A DNA stretch of 64,000 nt from Kiritimatiellia bacterium (lineage in GTDB: Bacteria; Verrucomicrobiota; Kiritimatiellia; RFP12; UBA1067), in the NCBI GenBank assembly GCA_045595285.1, contig JAZOAC010000135.1, positions 23,822 through 87,821 on the forward strand, in the 5' to 3' direction. The position numbers were made by a program, and so were the translations under genes. Shown here piece by piece: positions 28,247-37,532 of this stretch (position 1 is the first letter of the stretch; the number at the start of each line of letters is the position of its first letter). A model generated the notes under the pieces. The model saw only the letters and a program-made list of their open reading frames with translations, was not told the origin of the DNA and searched no databases.

Positions 28247-31200
28247 CGGAATACGGCTCCATGCGCAAGGTCCATTCCTCCCTGGATGCCGGAAGCATAT
28301 ATTTGCCCATTGGCTTTGGACCGCACGATGCGCCGCCAAGGCCAAGCTGGCGGATGTCGAGATTGAGGCACACCTCATCACGCTTGACCAATGGCGCATT
28401 GATCCTCTGCTGGTCTCTACGATGACGTGCGAACTCAAGATCCTCAACTCCATAATGGAGCGCCTGCATGAACATCGGAACCGAACCGGAGAACTTCACG
28501 CCCTTGCCGTCCGAACCGATGAATGCCGCCCAGCGGACGTCGCTGCGGTAGCCGTTATCCTGAGGACGCACATACGCTTCATACTGCTCCGTGACCGTGG
28601 AATCGTACACGCCGAAGAACGATGCCGTCTTGCGGTCGATGTAGTTCTCGCGAGGTCCGCGGCCATAGTAGCGCATCTTCTCGAGATCCTTGTCGAGCTT
28701 GAAGGAGAGCCCGAGACGCGGCAACGACTCCGGCATCGTACCGAACGGCTCCACAGTGTTTTTGACGGATACGTCTCCATCGGCAGCGAACGTCCAGACG
28801 GTTTTGTGCCTGAATCCTGCGGACTTCGCTCCGAACACGCTAACGTCGAAGCTTATGCTGTCCTTGCCGATCTTGACGGGACGCGCATGGTAGCGAAGCT
28901 GGGTAAGGCCGGTCAGGTAGAAGTTGCCCTTGTCCTCAACGCGACGTCCGCGCAGCCAGATGTCGTTATCGGTGAATGCGCGCATGCATGTAAGCTGAGG
29001 GCCGGCCACAACACCAGACACCGGATCCTTGAGAATCGTCTTTCCGTTCATCACAAGCTCGCAGAGCGTACCGGACTTGCGGCAGAACACGGCCTTCGTA
29101 CCGCCAACCGAGGCGGTAACGGTCCTATCATCCTGAGTGAACTCCGGCGCAACGGCCTTGACCGCCATGCACTTTGCATCCTCGGGAATGAACGCAATCT
29201 GGTTGCGGGAAACCTTCCAGCCCTTCTTCGCCCAGATCGTGTCGGTCTTGAGAGAGAAGTCGACATTCACAAAGTACTCATGCCCGGCCTTTCTCTCGAA
29301 CTCAGGAAGCTCGAGGCGGCATTTGGACAGCGGCGCCAGGTGTGGAACCGCGAACGTTCCGCTCTTTACGATTTTGCCGTCCTCGACAAGCTCCCAGGTG
29401 CCGTCAAACTCATCGGCATAGGTGAAGCCGAAGCGGTTCTCAAGGGTGAAGTCGCTGGACACTACGAGGTTCCTGTGCACATGACCGACCTCGACCAGCT
29501 TGGCCGTCACATTGCGGAAGGGATCGACGACGCCATTGTTGTTGAACGGACCGTCGTTGGGCTGTTCATCCCAATCGCCGCCGTACGCAAGGAAGCGCTC
29601 GCGCTTGCCGTCCGCGCCAACCCTGTCGGTGTATTTCCAGACTGCCTGGTCGACCCAGTCCCAGATGCAGCCTCCGGTGAGGGAATCGTATTTGTAGAAC
29701 ACATCCCAGTATTCCTGGAAGTTACCGATGGAGTTGCCCATGGCATGGGCGTACTCGCACATCCAGAACGGTTTCCCTGAGGTCTGCCAATTCTCCTTCG
29801 GCCATCCGTCCTCACGCTTGGAGTCTCTAGGCAGGTCTCCGTGCTTGCCGCGCCACTCGCACCATTCAACGCTGGGATACATGCGGCTGTCAACATCAGC
29901 ATCGGGATTCCCGCGCTCCCAATGGACTGGACGTGACGGATCGAGCTTCTTGACCTCTGCGATTGCGGTCTTGAAACACACGCCATGCCCCGTCTCATTG
30001 CCCATCGACCAGAGAGAGATCGAAGCGTGGTTGCGGTAGAACACCACATGACGCAGGTTGCGCTCGAGAATGGAATGCGTCCATTCGGGGAAGCGACCAA
30101 GCCCATTTTCATTGTATCCGGCCTCATGTCCTTCGACGTTCGCCTCTGCGCAGACATAGATGCCGTACCTGTCGCAGAGATCATACCACAGGTGATGATC
30201 CGGATAGTGGGCGGTACGGACGGTGTTGATGTTGTATTTCTTGAAAAGAAGGATATCAGCCATCATGTCATCCATCGAGACGGTACGCCCGTTGTCGGGG
30301 TTGGTCTCATGGCGATTGACACCCTTGAACTTGATCTTGCGTCCGTTTACGAGAATCGTGTTCCCTGAGACCTTGACCTCCTTGAAGCCGATCTTGCGCG
30401 TACGGATGTCAGAACCCTTCCTGACAATGAGAGTGTAAAGGTTGGGCTTTTCGGCGCTCCAGAGCTTCACGTCGCAAATCTCGACCGCGCCCCTGGAGCC
30501 CGATGCGATCTCTCGTCTGGCGGCATCGTACAGCTTCCACTCGACACCCTCGCAGCCGAGCACTTCCATGGTGGCATCGTGGTAGTCGTTCTTGAGAGAT
30601 GTCTTGACCTCAAAATCCCAGATGCCGTCCTTCGGCATGGACCAGATGGAGACATCACGGAAGATACCGGAGAAACGGTACATGTCCTGATCCTCGAGAT
30701 AGCTGCCGTCGCACCAGCGGTAGACCTCGACGGCAAGAAGGTTTTCACCATCCTTGAGAAACTTCGTGATGTTGAACTCAGACGGAAGCTTGGAGTCCTC
30801 GGCATAGCCTACCTTCTCGCCGTTCACCCACACATAGTAGGCGGAATACACGCCATCGAAGCGAAGGAATACCTCGCGCCCCTTCCAATCCGTCGGCACG
30901 GTAAACGTACGGCGGTAGGACGAGACCGGATTGTAGTCGCCCTTGCCCGACTGCCGGTCCTTGATGAACGGCCATTCCATCTTGTGCGGATAACGGACGT
31001 TCACATATCCCGGGGAGCCGAAACCGCGCATCTCCACACAGCTCGGAACGTCAATGGTGAACCAGTCCGCATCGGAGTAGTCAACACGATAGAAATCCTT
31101 TATGCGCAGATCGGGATTGCCGGCCCAGGATATCTTCCATGTGCCGTTGAGCGACTTGCGGTACGGGGATTCAGGCTCAATGGCATCCGTGAATGCGGCA

Positions 31201-31343
31201 TCCTCGGATGCAAGCGGCATCGTGTATGCCCGCGCCGGCTCGCGGTTGATGGAATTAACCAGAAGGTTTTCCCAGTCGTTCGCCGCAAACGTCGGAAACA
31301 TCATTGAGACAACAGAGGCTGTCAGCAGGAATTTCATAGTCAT
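28227..31343 (-). CDS. lacZ: beta-galactosidase (GH2)
   Basis: 1038 aa. Signal peptide MTMKFLLTASVVSMMFPTFA. GH2 blocks NTVRTAHYP, SISLWSMGNETG, MCEYAHAMGNSIGN. Confidence 0.92.
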   Translation of the reverse strand: MTMKFLLTASVVSMMFPTFAANDWENLLVNSINREPARAYTMPLASEDAAFTDAIEPESPYRKSLNGTWKISWAGNPDLRIKDFYRVDYSDADWFTIDVPSCVEMRGFGSPGYVNVRYPHKMEWPFIKDRQSGKGDYNPVSSYRRTFTVPTDWKGREVFLRFDGVYSAYYVWVNGEKVGYAEDSKLPSEFNITKFLKDGENLLAVEVYRWCDGSYLEDQDMYRFSGIFRDVSIWSMPKDGIWDFEVKTSLKNDYHDATMEVLGCEGVEWKLYDAARREIASGSRGAVEICDVKLWSAEKPNLYTLIVRKGSDIRTRKIGFKEVKVSGNTILVNGRKIKFKGVNRHETNPDNGRTVSMDDMMADILLFKKYNINTVRTAHYPDHHLWYDLCDRYGIYVCAEANVEGHEAGYNENGLGRFPEWTHSILERNLRHVVFYRNHASISLWSMGNETGHGVCFKTAIAEVKKLDPSRPVHWERGNPDADVDSRMYPSVEWCEWRGKHGDLPRDSKREDGWPKENWQTSGKPFWMCEYAHAMGNSIGNFQEYWDVFYKYDSLTGGCIWDWVDQAVWKYTDRVGADGKRERFLAYGGDWDEQPNDGPFNNNGVVDPFRNVTAKLVEVGHVHRNLVVSSDFTLENRFGFTYADEFDGTWELVEDGKIVKSGTFAVPHLAPLSKCRLELPEFERKAGHEYFVNVDFSLKTDTIWAKKGWKVSRNQIAFIPEDAKCMAVKAVAPEFTQDDRTVTASVGGTKAVFCRKSGTLCELVMNGKTILKDPVSGVVAGPQLTCMRAFTDNDIWLRGRRVEDKGNFYLTGLTQLRYHARPVKIGKDSISFDVSVFGAKSAGFRHKTVWTFAADGDVSVKNTVEPFGTMPESLPRLGLSFKLDKDLEKMRYYGRGPRENYIDRKTASFFGVYDSTVTEQYEAYVRPQDNGYRSDVRWAAFIGSDGKGVKFSGSVPMFMQALHYGVEDLEFARHRRDQQRINAPLVKRDEVCLNLDIRQLGLGGASCGPKPMGKYMLPASREEWTLRMEPYSGEPSSK

Positions 31344-31363
31344 ACGCCTTTCGTGTTAAACGC

Positions 31364-32527
31364 TTATTTGCTCATCGCAGGATTCATCCAGTTGCCGGAA
31401 TTATGGAACATCTGCACAGGATTCGAGTCTCCATCGGGATCGGAGTCCACGATGAAGATCGCCTTGTCGCGCGCCGCCACGATATGGCGGCTGTCCGCCG
31501 CCCACGTCGGATCCTGCCACGAACCCGGTTTGGTGACCGCACGGGCGGTGGACTCGCCTCCGTTCGGGGCGGATACCATCACGCACCACTGCCCGGCCTG
31601 AAGGGAGGACCAGCAGAGCTTGCCGTCCTGGGCCCAGTCGGGACGGGTGTTTTGGCGGCCCTTCGATGTGTAGCGGGTGGATTTGCGGGTTGCAACGTCG
31701 CAGATGTATATCTGAGGGTTGCGCGTCTGATCGGAGACATAGGCGATCTTGCGTCCGTCGGGGCTCCAGCACGGGCTGGACTCGGCGGCAGCGGCCGTTT
31801 TTGTCAGACGGATGATTGTACGCTTCGCGAGATCCATCACATAGAGTTCCGGATTTCCCTGGTAGGAAAGGATGATCGCCGCCGAACGTCCGTCAGGCGA
31901 GACCGCCGCGCCAGAGGCGCCGTTCTTGAACGCGCCGAGGCATTCGCGCTCGGACGTTTCCGTATTGATCCTGTACACAAGTTGCTTCTCGTGAAGGAAG
32001 CCGGTGTAGTAGATGTCGCGCCCGTTAGGCGCCCAGCGGGGACCGACCGCCGCACGACCGTCGGAGGTGATCTGCTTCATGTCAAAACCGTCTGGATAGC
32101 AGGTATAGAGCTCCGCATTGTTGGATCCCTTGCGGTTCACGAACGCGAGACGGGTGGTCGCAAAACCCTTTCCTCCGTCGGAGAACGCCTCTACGATCGC
32201 ATCCGAGAAACGGCGCGCCGCCATTCTTGCCGACGGATCGCCGGACACCGCCTCGTTCGAACGGACCACTTTCCCCCGCCCGGCCGCAGTGACGGCGCCG
32301 CCGGCCAGACCTGTCACCGTGATCGTCCCGGACGGAGCCACCTTGAATATACCGGAAAGCTCAAGATTCCTCTTGAGGCACTTCTGATACCATGCGCTCC
32401 CCTGCACGTTGACGGAAACGGTGATCTTCTCGGCCCCCGCCTTTTCGACCTTGACGACAGGGGCGGCTCCGCACACGAGCGAAACGACCAACGCGCACAC
32501 AACAGCAATGTTCTCCATTCTTCTCAT
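31364..32527 (-). CDS. TolB-like periplasmic beta-propeller protein
   Basis: WD40-like TolB repeats (SPDGRSAAIILSYQGNPELYVMD, SPDGRKIAYVSDQTRNPQIYICD). The likely start MRRMENIAVVCALVV at 32527 gives a signal peptide; the ORF track begins at 32578. Confidence 0.7.
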   Translation of the reverse strand: MRRMENIAVVCALVVSLVCGAAPVVKVEKAGAEKITVSVNVQGSAWYQKCLKRNLELSGIFKVAPSGTITVTGLAGGAVTAAGRGKVVRSNEAVSGDPSARMAARRFSDAIVEAFSDGGKGFATTRLAFVNRKGSNNAELYTCYPDGFDMKQITSDGRAAVGPRWAPNGRDIYYTGFLHEKQLVYRINTETSERECLGAFKNGASGAAVSPDGRSAAIILSYQGNPELYVMDLAKRTIIRLTKTAAAAESSPCWSPDGRKIAYVSDQTRNPQIYICDVATRKSTRYTSKGRQNTRPDWAQDGKLCWSSLQAGQWCVMVSAPNGGESTARAVTKPGSWQDPTWAADSRHIVAARDKAIFIVDSDPDGDSNPVQMFHNSGNWMNPAMSK

Positions 32528-32581
32528 TTCAACTGACCTTTCAGCTTCTTCTTGATGGGGTGTATAGATCAATGGCATCCA

Positions 32582-33364
32582 TCAGCAGACGCCACGGGCA
32601 GAATCGCGGTAGAACTGAACGAGCTCCTTCACCTCGTCGTACTGTTCGACATCGTTCTCGACGCGCTCCAGAGCCTGCGAACGGTTCATGCCGGAGTGGT
32701 AGATGAAGCGGAACGCCTCCTTGAGCGCGGCGATGACGTCATTGGAGAAGCCGCGACGCTTGAGGCCGACAACATTAGGACCTATAACCTTGAGCGAGCC
32801 TTCGACCATGTCGCCCAGCATGAACGGCGGGAAATCCTGGCGTATCTTCGACATGCCGCCGACCATCGCATGCCGGCCCACGCTGCAGAACTGATGCGCC
32901 GCCGCGCAACCGCCGACAATCGCCCAGTCGTTGAGATGGACGTCGCCCGCAAGCTGCACGGAATTGGAGCAGATGACATGGTTGCCGAGAATGCATCCAT
33001 GCGCGGCATGGCAATAGGCCATGAACAGACAATCGGATCCGATGATCGTCTTCTCTCCATCCTTCGTCCCCAGATGCACGGTCGCAAATTCGCGAATTAC
33101 GGTGCGGTCGCCGATCTCCACATAGGAAATCGATCCCTCCTGGTATTTCAGGTCCTGCGTCTTCATCCCGATCAGGGCGTACGGGAATATCTGGCACTTT
33201 TCCCCGATTGTCGTATGTCCGTCGATTATGGCACCCTGCCCGACAGTCGTACCTGCGCCAAGCCTGACATTGCCACCGATGGTCACATACGGACCGATCT
33301 TGACACCCTCGCCCAACTGGGCGGCCTTGTCCACCATTGCGGTGGGATGAACTTCAATAGACAT
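32582..33364 (-). CDS. lpxA: acyl-ACP--UDP-N-acetylglucosamine O-acyltransferase
   Basis: 260 aa. Left-handed beta-helix hexapeptide repeats from IHPTAMVDKAAQLGEGVKIGPYVTIG, plus the LpxA-type C-terminal helical domain. Confidence 0.92.
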   Translation of the reverse strand: MSIEVHPTAMVDKAAQLGEGVKIGPYVTIGGNVRLGAGTTVGQGAIIDGHTTIGEKCQIFPYALIGMKTQDLKYQEGSISYVEIGDRTVIREFATVHLGTKDGEKTIIGSDCLFMAYCHAAHGCILGNHVICSNSVQLAGDVHLNDWAIVGGCAAAHQFCSVGRHAMVGGMSKIRQDFPPFMLGDMVEGSLKVIGPNVVGLKRRGFSNDVIAALKEAFRFIYHSGMNRSQALERVENDVEQYDEVKELVQFYRDSARGVC

Positions 33365-33381
33365 GGGACTGTTCTCCTATT

Positions 33382-34497
33382 TTAAAGGTTTTTGGGTACA
33401 AGATATGAAGCCAGCAGCATGCATGCCAGCACAGGAAGCCAAATGAGATACTCGGGCTGCACCCTGAAGTTCTTGGAGAGACTCGACATCAGGATGATGA
33501 CCATATAGTACGAAAGCGCGACGACAAGCGATATCGCCATGCCTATCGAACTCTCCTTACGCTGAGCACGAATCCCCAGCGGAGCCCCGACCAGCACAAA
33601 GCATATCGAGGCGAATGCAAACACCCACCGCTTCTGGAACTCTGTTTGGATATCGCTCAGATGGCGTTTGGCGAAATAGCGAGCTGTCCCCTTCTTGGAG
33701 GTCCCTTTGGCGTTGGCGACATTGGCCTTGGCCTTCGATATGGCCGAAGTCATCTCGAAGAAGCGGAAGTCCTTCTCTTTGCGGTTGTACTTGCCTGACT
33801 TCAGGGCGTCGACAATACGATGCTGGTAGCGGGCCGCACGTGCCATTCCGGGATGAGCCTCATCCATCGGATCGACCGTAAGGTTGTACAGGTCAAGACA
33901 GATGTCACGCCCTTCACTGGTGACAAGCGCCTTGCGGGCCGTTATCTCCCGGTCGAATTTCGGATTCGACTGATCGAGCACGATCAGATTGTGAAGCCAG
34001 TTGCCCTCCTTTGACGAAAAATACAGCTTCATCTTCGGAAAATCGTCTATGACACGTCCCGGCTCCAGCAGCTCAAGGCCCGACCCTACGGTAATTCGCT
34101 TTGCGAGACTGCGGCGAATCTCATGCCCACGAGGAACGATTTCGTTGTTTATGTACAATCCAAGAACCGTCATGGAGACCGCAAACACCAACGGCCAACG
34201 CATGACAGACAGCAGATTGACCCCGCACGCCCGCATGGCGGCTATCTCTGAATCGGCAGACATGCGGGAGAACACCAGCACCGATGAAACCAGGAGCGCG
34301 AGCGGTATCGTCCACTGCATTGTCTCGGGAAAGCATACAAGCGCAAACTGACCGACAAGCTCTATCGGCACACCCGAGAGGATGTAACTCACCACCTGAA
34401 CCATCAAACCAATGGTCAACACAAACGACAGCACGAGAAACGCCATGAAAAACGACGTTAAAAACGAACCGAAAACATATCTTTGAAGGGTTTTCAT
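33382..34497 (-). CDS. LptF/LptG-family (YjgP/YjgQ) permease
   Basis: The ORF track starts at TTG 34518. The ATG at 34497 gives MKTLQRYVFGSFLTSFFMAFLVL, the typical family N-terminus. Six TM segments with a large periplasmic loop. Confidence 0.8.
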   Translation of the reverse strand: MKTLQRYVFGSFLTSFFMAFLVLSFVLTIGLMVQVVSYILSGVPIELVGQFALVCFPETMQWTIPLALLVSSVLVFSRMSADSEIAAMRACGVNLLSVMRWPLVFAVSMTVLGLYINNEIVPRGHEIRRSLAKRITVGSGLELLEPGRVIDDFPKMKLYFSSKEGNWLHNLIVLDQSNPKFDREITARKALVTSEGRDICLDLYNLTVDPMDEAHPGMARAARYQHRIVDALKSGKYNRKEKDFRFFEMTSAISKAKANVANAKGTSKKGTARYFAKRHLSDIQTEFQKRWVFAFASICFVLVGAPLGIRAQRKESSIGMAISLVVALSYYMVIILMSSLSKNFRVQPEYLIWLPVLACMLLASYLVPKNL

Positions 34498-34558
34498 TAA
34501 TTGCACGAATTCTATCAAAACATCGGCCCAAACTCAAGCCAACGTCACTTCGCGCCCG

Positions 34559-35293
34559 TCATTGCGCAGAATCGAGGATTCCGGCCTGCCGCCTCTGCGC
34601 AAGCGCCCGCGCAACGTCCGGAACGGCGACAAGCAGACGCCTTGTGTAGTCGCTCTGCGGACTCTCGAACACGTCCGCAGCGTTACCGGCATCGACGAAA
34701 ATCCCCCTCTGCATCACGCACACGCGGTCGCACACGTTCTTGACGACCGCAAGATCGTGCGCAATCAGCAGAATGGAGAGATCAAGCTCATGGCGGAGCT
34801 CGCGGAGAAGGTTCAGTATGCGCGCCTGGACGCTCACGTCCAGCGCGCTCACAGGTTCGTCGGCGATAAGCACATCCGGCTCGCACGCCAACGCACGCGC
34901 TATGCTGACGCGCTGGCACTGTCCGCCGGACATCTCACGCGGATACTGCTCAAGGACTGCGGAACTAAGCCCCACAATATCAAGCAATTCACCGACCGTG
35001 CGCCTTGACAAACGCTTGACCTTCAGCACCTCCTCAAGCGTCTGCCTTACCGTCATGCGCGGATTGAGCGAACCCACCGCATCCTGAAACACCATTTGGA
35101 CGGACTTCGCGTTGCACACGACCCTTCCCGAAAACGGCTTTTCCAATCCGATGAGAGTCCTCGCTATCGTGGACTTTCCGCTGCCCGACTCGCCGACAAT
35201 ACCCAGAGTCTCGCCTCTGCGGAGAGTGAAACTCACACCCTTCACCGCCTCCATCGCGCCATAACGCACCTTAAGATCGGTCACTTCAATCAT
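34559..35293 (-). CDS. ABC transporter ATP-binding protein (oligopeptide/dipeptide DppF/OppF-like)
   Basis: Walker A GESGSGKST, signature MSGGQCQRVSIARAL, Walker B LIADEPVSALD. Likely start is MIEVTDLKV. Confidence 0.85.
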   Translation of the reverse strand: MIEVTDLKVRYGAMEAVKGVSFTLRRGETLGIVGESGSGKSTIARTLIGLEKPFSGRVVCNAKSVQMVFQDAVGSLNPRMTVRQTLEEVLKVKRLSRRTVGELLDIVGLSSAVLEQYPREMSGGQCQRVSIARALACEPDVLIADEPVSALDVSVQARILNLLRELRHELDLSILLIAHDLAVVKNVCDRVCVMQRGIFVDAGNAADVFESPQSDYTRRLLVAVPDVARALAQRRQAGILDSAQ

Positions 35294-35346
35294 TTTCGCG
35301 CACCATATCATTCACGGAGCCGGTTGGTTCGCAGCCGAAGGCCCGG

Positions 35347-36048
35347 CTATACCTCGTACTTCAGTATTCTCCCGTCCTTCACGACAATGTGGCTCTTTGC
35401 ATATGCATCGATGTCCGGCTCGTGAGTGACGACAATGACAGTCTTGCCCTGTTCGTAGAGCTCCTGGAAAAGACCCATGATCTGTACGGACGTCTTGGAG
35501 TCGAGATTGCCTGTAGGCTCGTCGGCCAGAAGCACGGCAGGGTCGTTAGCCAAGGCGCGGGCGACGGCCACACGCTGTCGCTGACCGCCGGAGAGCTCGG
35601 ACGGAAGATGCATAAGGCGGTGGTCTATCTCGACCTTCTCCGCAAGCTCCTTTGCGCGGCGTGTCCGTTCGGCCTTGGGGACGCCGAGATAGAACATCGG
35701 CATTTCGATGTTGTCCAGCACCGTCAGCTGCGGAATGAGATGGAAACTCTGGAACACAAAGCCGAGATTCTTCAGCCGATGGTCCGAGAGCGCGTTGTCG
35801 CTCATGTTCGAGACGTCCGTGCCGTTCAGATGGTAGGATCCGGACGTCGGACGGTCCAGGCATCCGAGAATGTTCAGCAGGGTCGATTTGCCGGATCCTG
35901 AAGGCCCCATTATCGCCACATACTGACCCTTCCGGATCGTGAACGACACGCCGTCAAGAGCCTTCACAGTTTCGCCGCCGACTGTATAGTGGCGGCGCAC
36001 GTCATTGAGCACTACCACTTCCTCTGCCATCTGAATCATCTCCGCCAT
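35347..36048 (-). CDS. ABC transporter ATP-binding protein (MacB/LolD/FtsE-type ATPase only)
   Basis: 233 aa. GPSGSGKSTLLN, LSGGQRQRVAVARAL, LLADEPTGNLD. No fused FtsX permease domain. Confidence 0.85.
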   Translation of the reverse strand: MAEMIQMAEEVVVLNDVRRHYTVGGETVKALDGVSFTIRKGQYVAIMGPSGSGKSTLLNILGCLDRPTSGSYHLNGTDVSNMSDNALSDHRLKNLGFVFQSFHLIPQLTVLDNIEMPMFYLGVPKAERTRRAKELAEKVEIDHRLMHLPSELSGGQRQRVAVARALANDPAVLLADEPTGNLDSKTSVQIMGLFQELYEQGKTVIVVTHEPDIDAYAKSHIVVKDGRILKYEV

Positions 36049-37504
36049 TCACTTCTTCGTCCTTTTCCTCCTGAACCGGCGGCGCAGTCATTACGACTTC
36101 GCCAGGCTTCACGCCCTTGAGGATGTGGATCATGCGATTGTTGTCCAGTCCAACCTCGACCTTGCGCAGTTCCCACTCCGAATCGTCCTGCACATACACA
36201 TAGGCGTCATCATCAATGCGCACCACGCACTGGATCGGACAGTACACAGCCTTGGCGAACGTCTCCTTCACGAGCTCGACGTCACAGCTCATGCCGGGAC
36301 GCACGACGGCATCGCAGAAGTCGCATTCCAATTCACACTTGAACATCTTCAGATCGGGATTGAGGCGCGTAGACTGCGCATCAGGAAGGATGCCGATCTT
36401 TGTGAGCCTGCCCGAGAACACCTGATCGGGGAATGCATCCACCTTGACCGTCGCGGACATCCCCACCTCAAGCTTGTTGAGCGAGGATTCCGGAACCATT
36501 ATCTCCACGATCATGCCGGTGTCCAGCGGAATGTATATCAGCTCCTGGCGCTGGACGGCGGATTCTCCGGCCGCAATCGGATTTTCCCACCAACGGCGCT
36601 TGGCGGTCGCGGCGTAGAGGACGATGCCGTTCGTGGGCGCGAATATCTTCGACTTAGAAATCTGGAAGTTGAGCTCCGCCAGTCGGTTCGTCGCCCGGTA
36701 GTACTCGCGGCTGCGCTGGACGATCTCCGTCTCGCCCTGGCGAATCTGCGACTTGTTCTGCCAAACGGTGCGCGCAACGGCGCGCGTGGCCTTGCGGACA
36801 TTCGACTGAAGCGTGGCGCGCTTCTGGTGAACCGTATAGTTCGTGAGAACGTTCATCTTGGTCTTCGCCATTTCGAGATCGATCTCCTTGCGGCGCAGGG
36901 CCAACTCGTCCGCCTGCAGTTCGGTGCGGGTGAGAAAGCCCTCCTTGGCAAGCTTGCGGCTCCACTCCAGCTTCTCGGCGGCGCGCTGAAGCTCCTCGTC
37001 CGCAAGGGCGATATCGGCTTCACGCTGGCGCTTCTCCTCGGGGAAGTCGCCCTTCTCGTACTTCTCGAGCTCCATCTTCGCGAGATCAAGCGTCACCTCG
37101 CGCTCAAGCAGATTGCCTTCGCACTCTCCCTTCGTCACCCCAAGACGCTCCTCCGCGATGATGAGGTTGCCGTGGGCCGTGTTCGCCGTTATCTCCTGGT
37201 CGTTTCGCTTCTCCACCAGCGCAGCCGCGTCAAATTCGACGAGGAGATCGCCCGTCTTGACGTTCACGCCGTCCTCCACGACCCACAGGATCGTGTTGCG
37301 CCCCTCTAGCTCACTGCGCAGAATCACCTTGTCACGGCTCTGCACCGAACCGGACGCCGTAATGCCGATCGTGAGCGGGCCTTCCGTCACGGTGAACACC
37401 GGCGTGGTGTCGTCAGCGGCGTCGCCGCCGCCAAACAGCCATACGGACAGCACGGCGGCCGCCAGCGCCGTCACCAGAATCCAAAACCATTTTTTCTTGA
37501 TCAT
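36002..37504 (-). CDS. efflux periplasmic adaptor (HlyD/MacA-type membrane fusion protein)
   Basis: The ATG at 37504 gives MIKKKWFWILVTALAAAVLSVWL (TM anchor). Lipoyl-like VKTGDLLVEFD and a long coiled-coil. The ORF-track N-terminal 170 aa overlap the TolC gene and were discarded. Confidence 0.8.
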   Translation of the reverse strand: MIKKKWFWILVTALAAAVLSVWLFGGGDAADDTTPVFTVTEGPLTIGITASGSVQSRDKVILRSELEGRNTILWVVEDGVNVKTGDLLVEFDAAALVEKRNDQEITANTAHGNLIIAEERLGVTKGECEGNLLEREVTLDLAKMELEKYEKGDFPEEKRQREADIALADEELQRAAEKLEWSRKLAKEGFLTRTELQADELALRRKEIDLEMAKTKMNVLTNYTVHQKRATLQSNVRKATRAVARTVWQNKSQIRQGETEIVQRSREYYRATNRLAELNFQISKSKIFAPTNGIVLYAATAKRRWWENPIAAGESAVQRQELIYIPLDTGMIVEIMVPESSLNKLEVGMSATVKVDAFPDQVFSGRLTKIGILPDAQSTRLNPDLKMFKCELECDFCDAVVRPGMSCDVELVKETFAKAVYCPIQCVVRIDDDAYVYVQDDSEWELRKVEVGLDNNRMIHILKGVKPGEVVMTAPPVQEEKDEEVNGGDDSDGRGSGSAQ

Positions 37505-37532
37505 CTTGTTGCACCCCCAAAAGAAATGAAAA

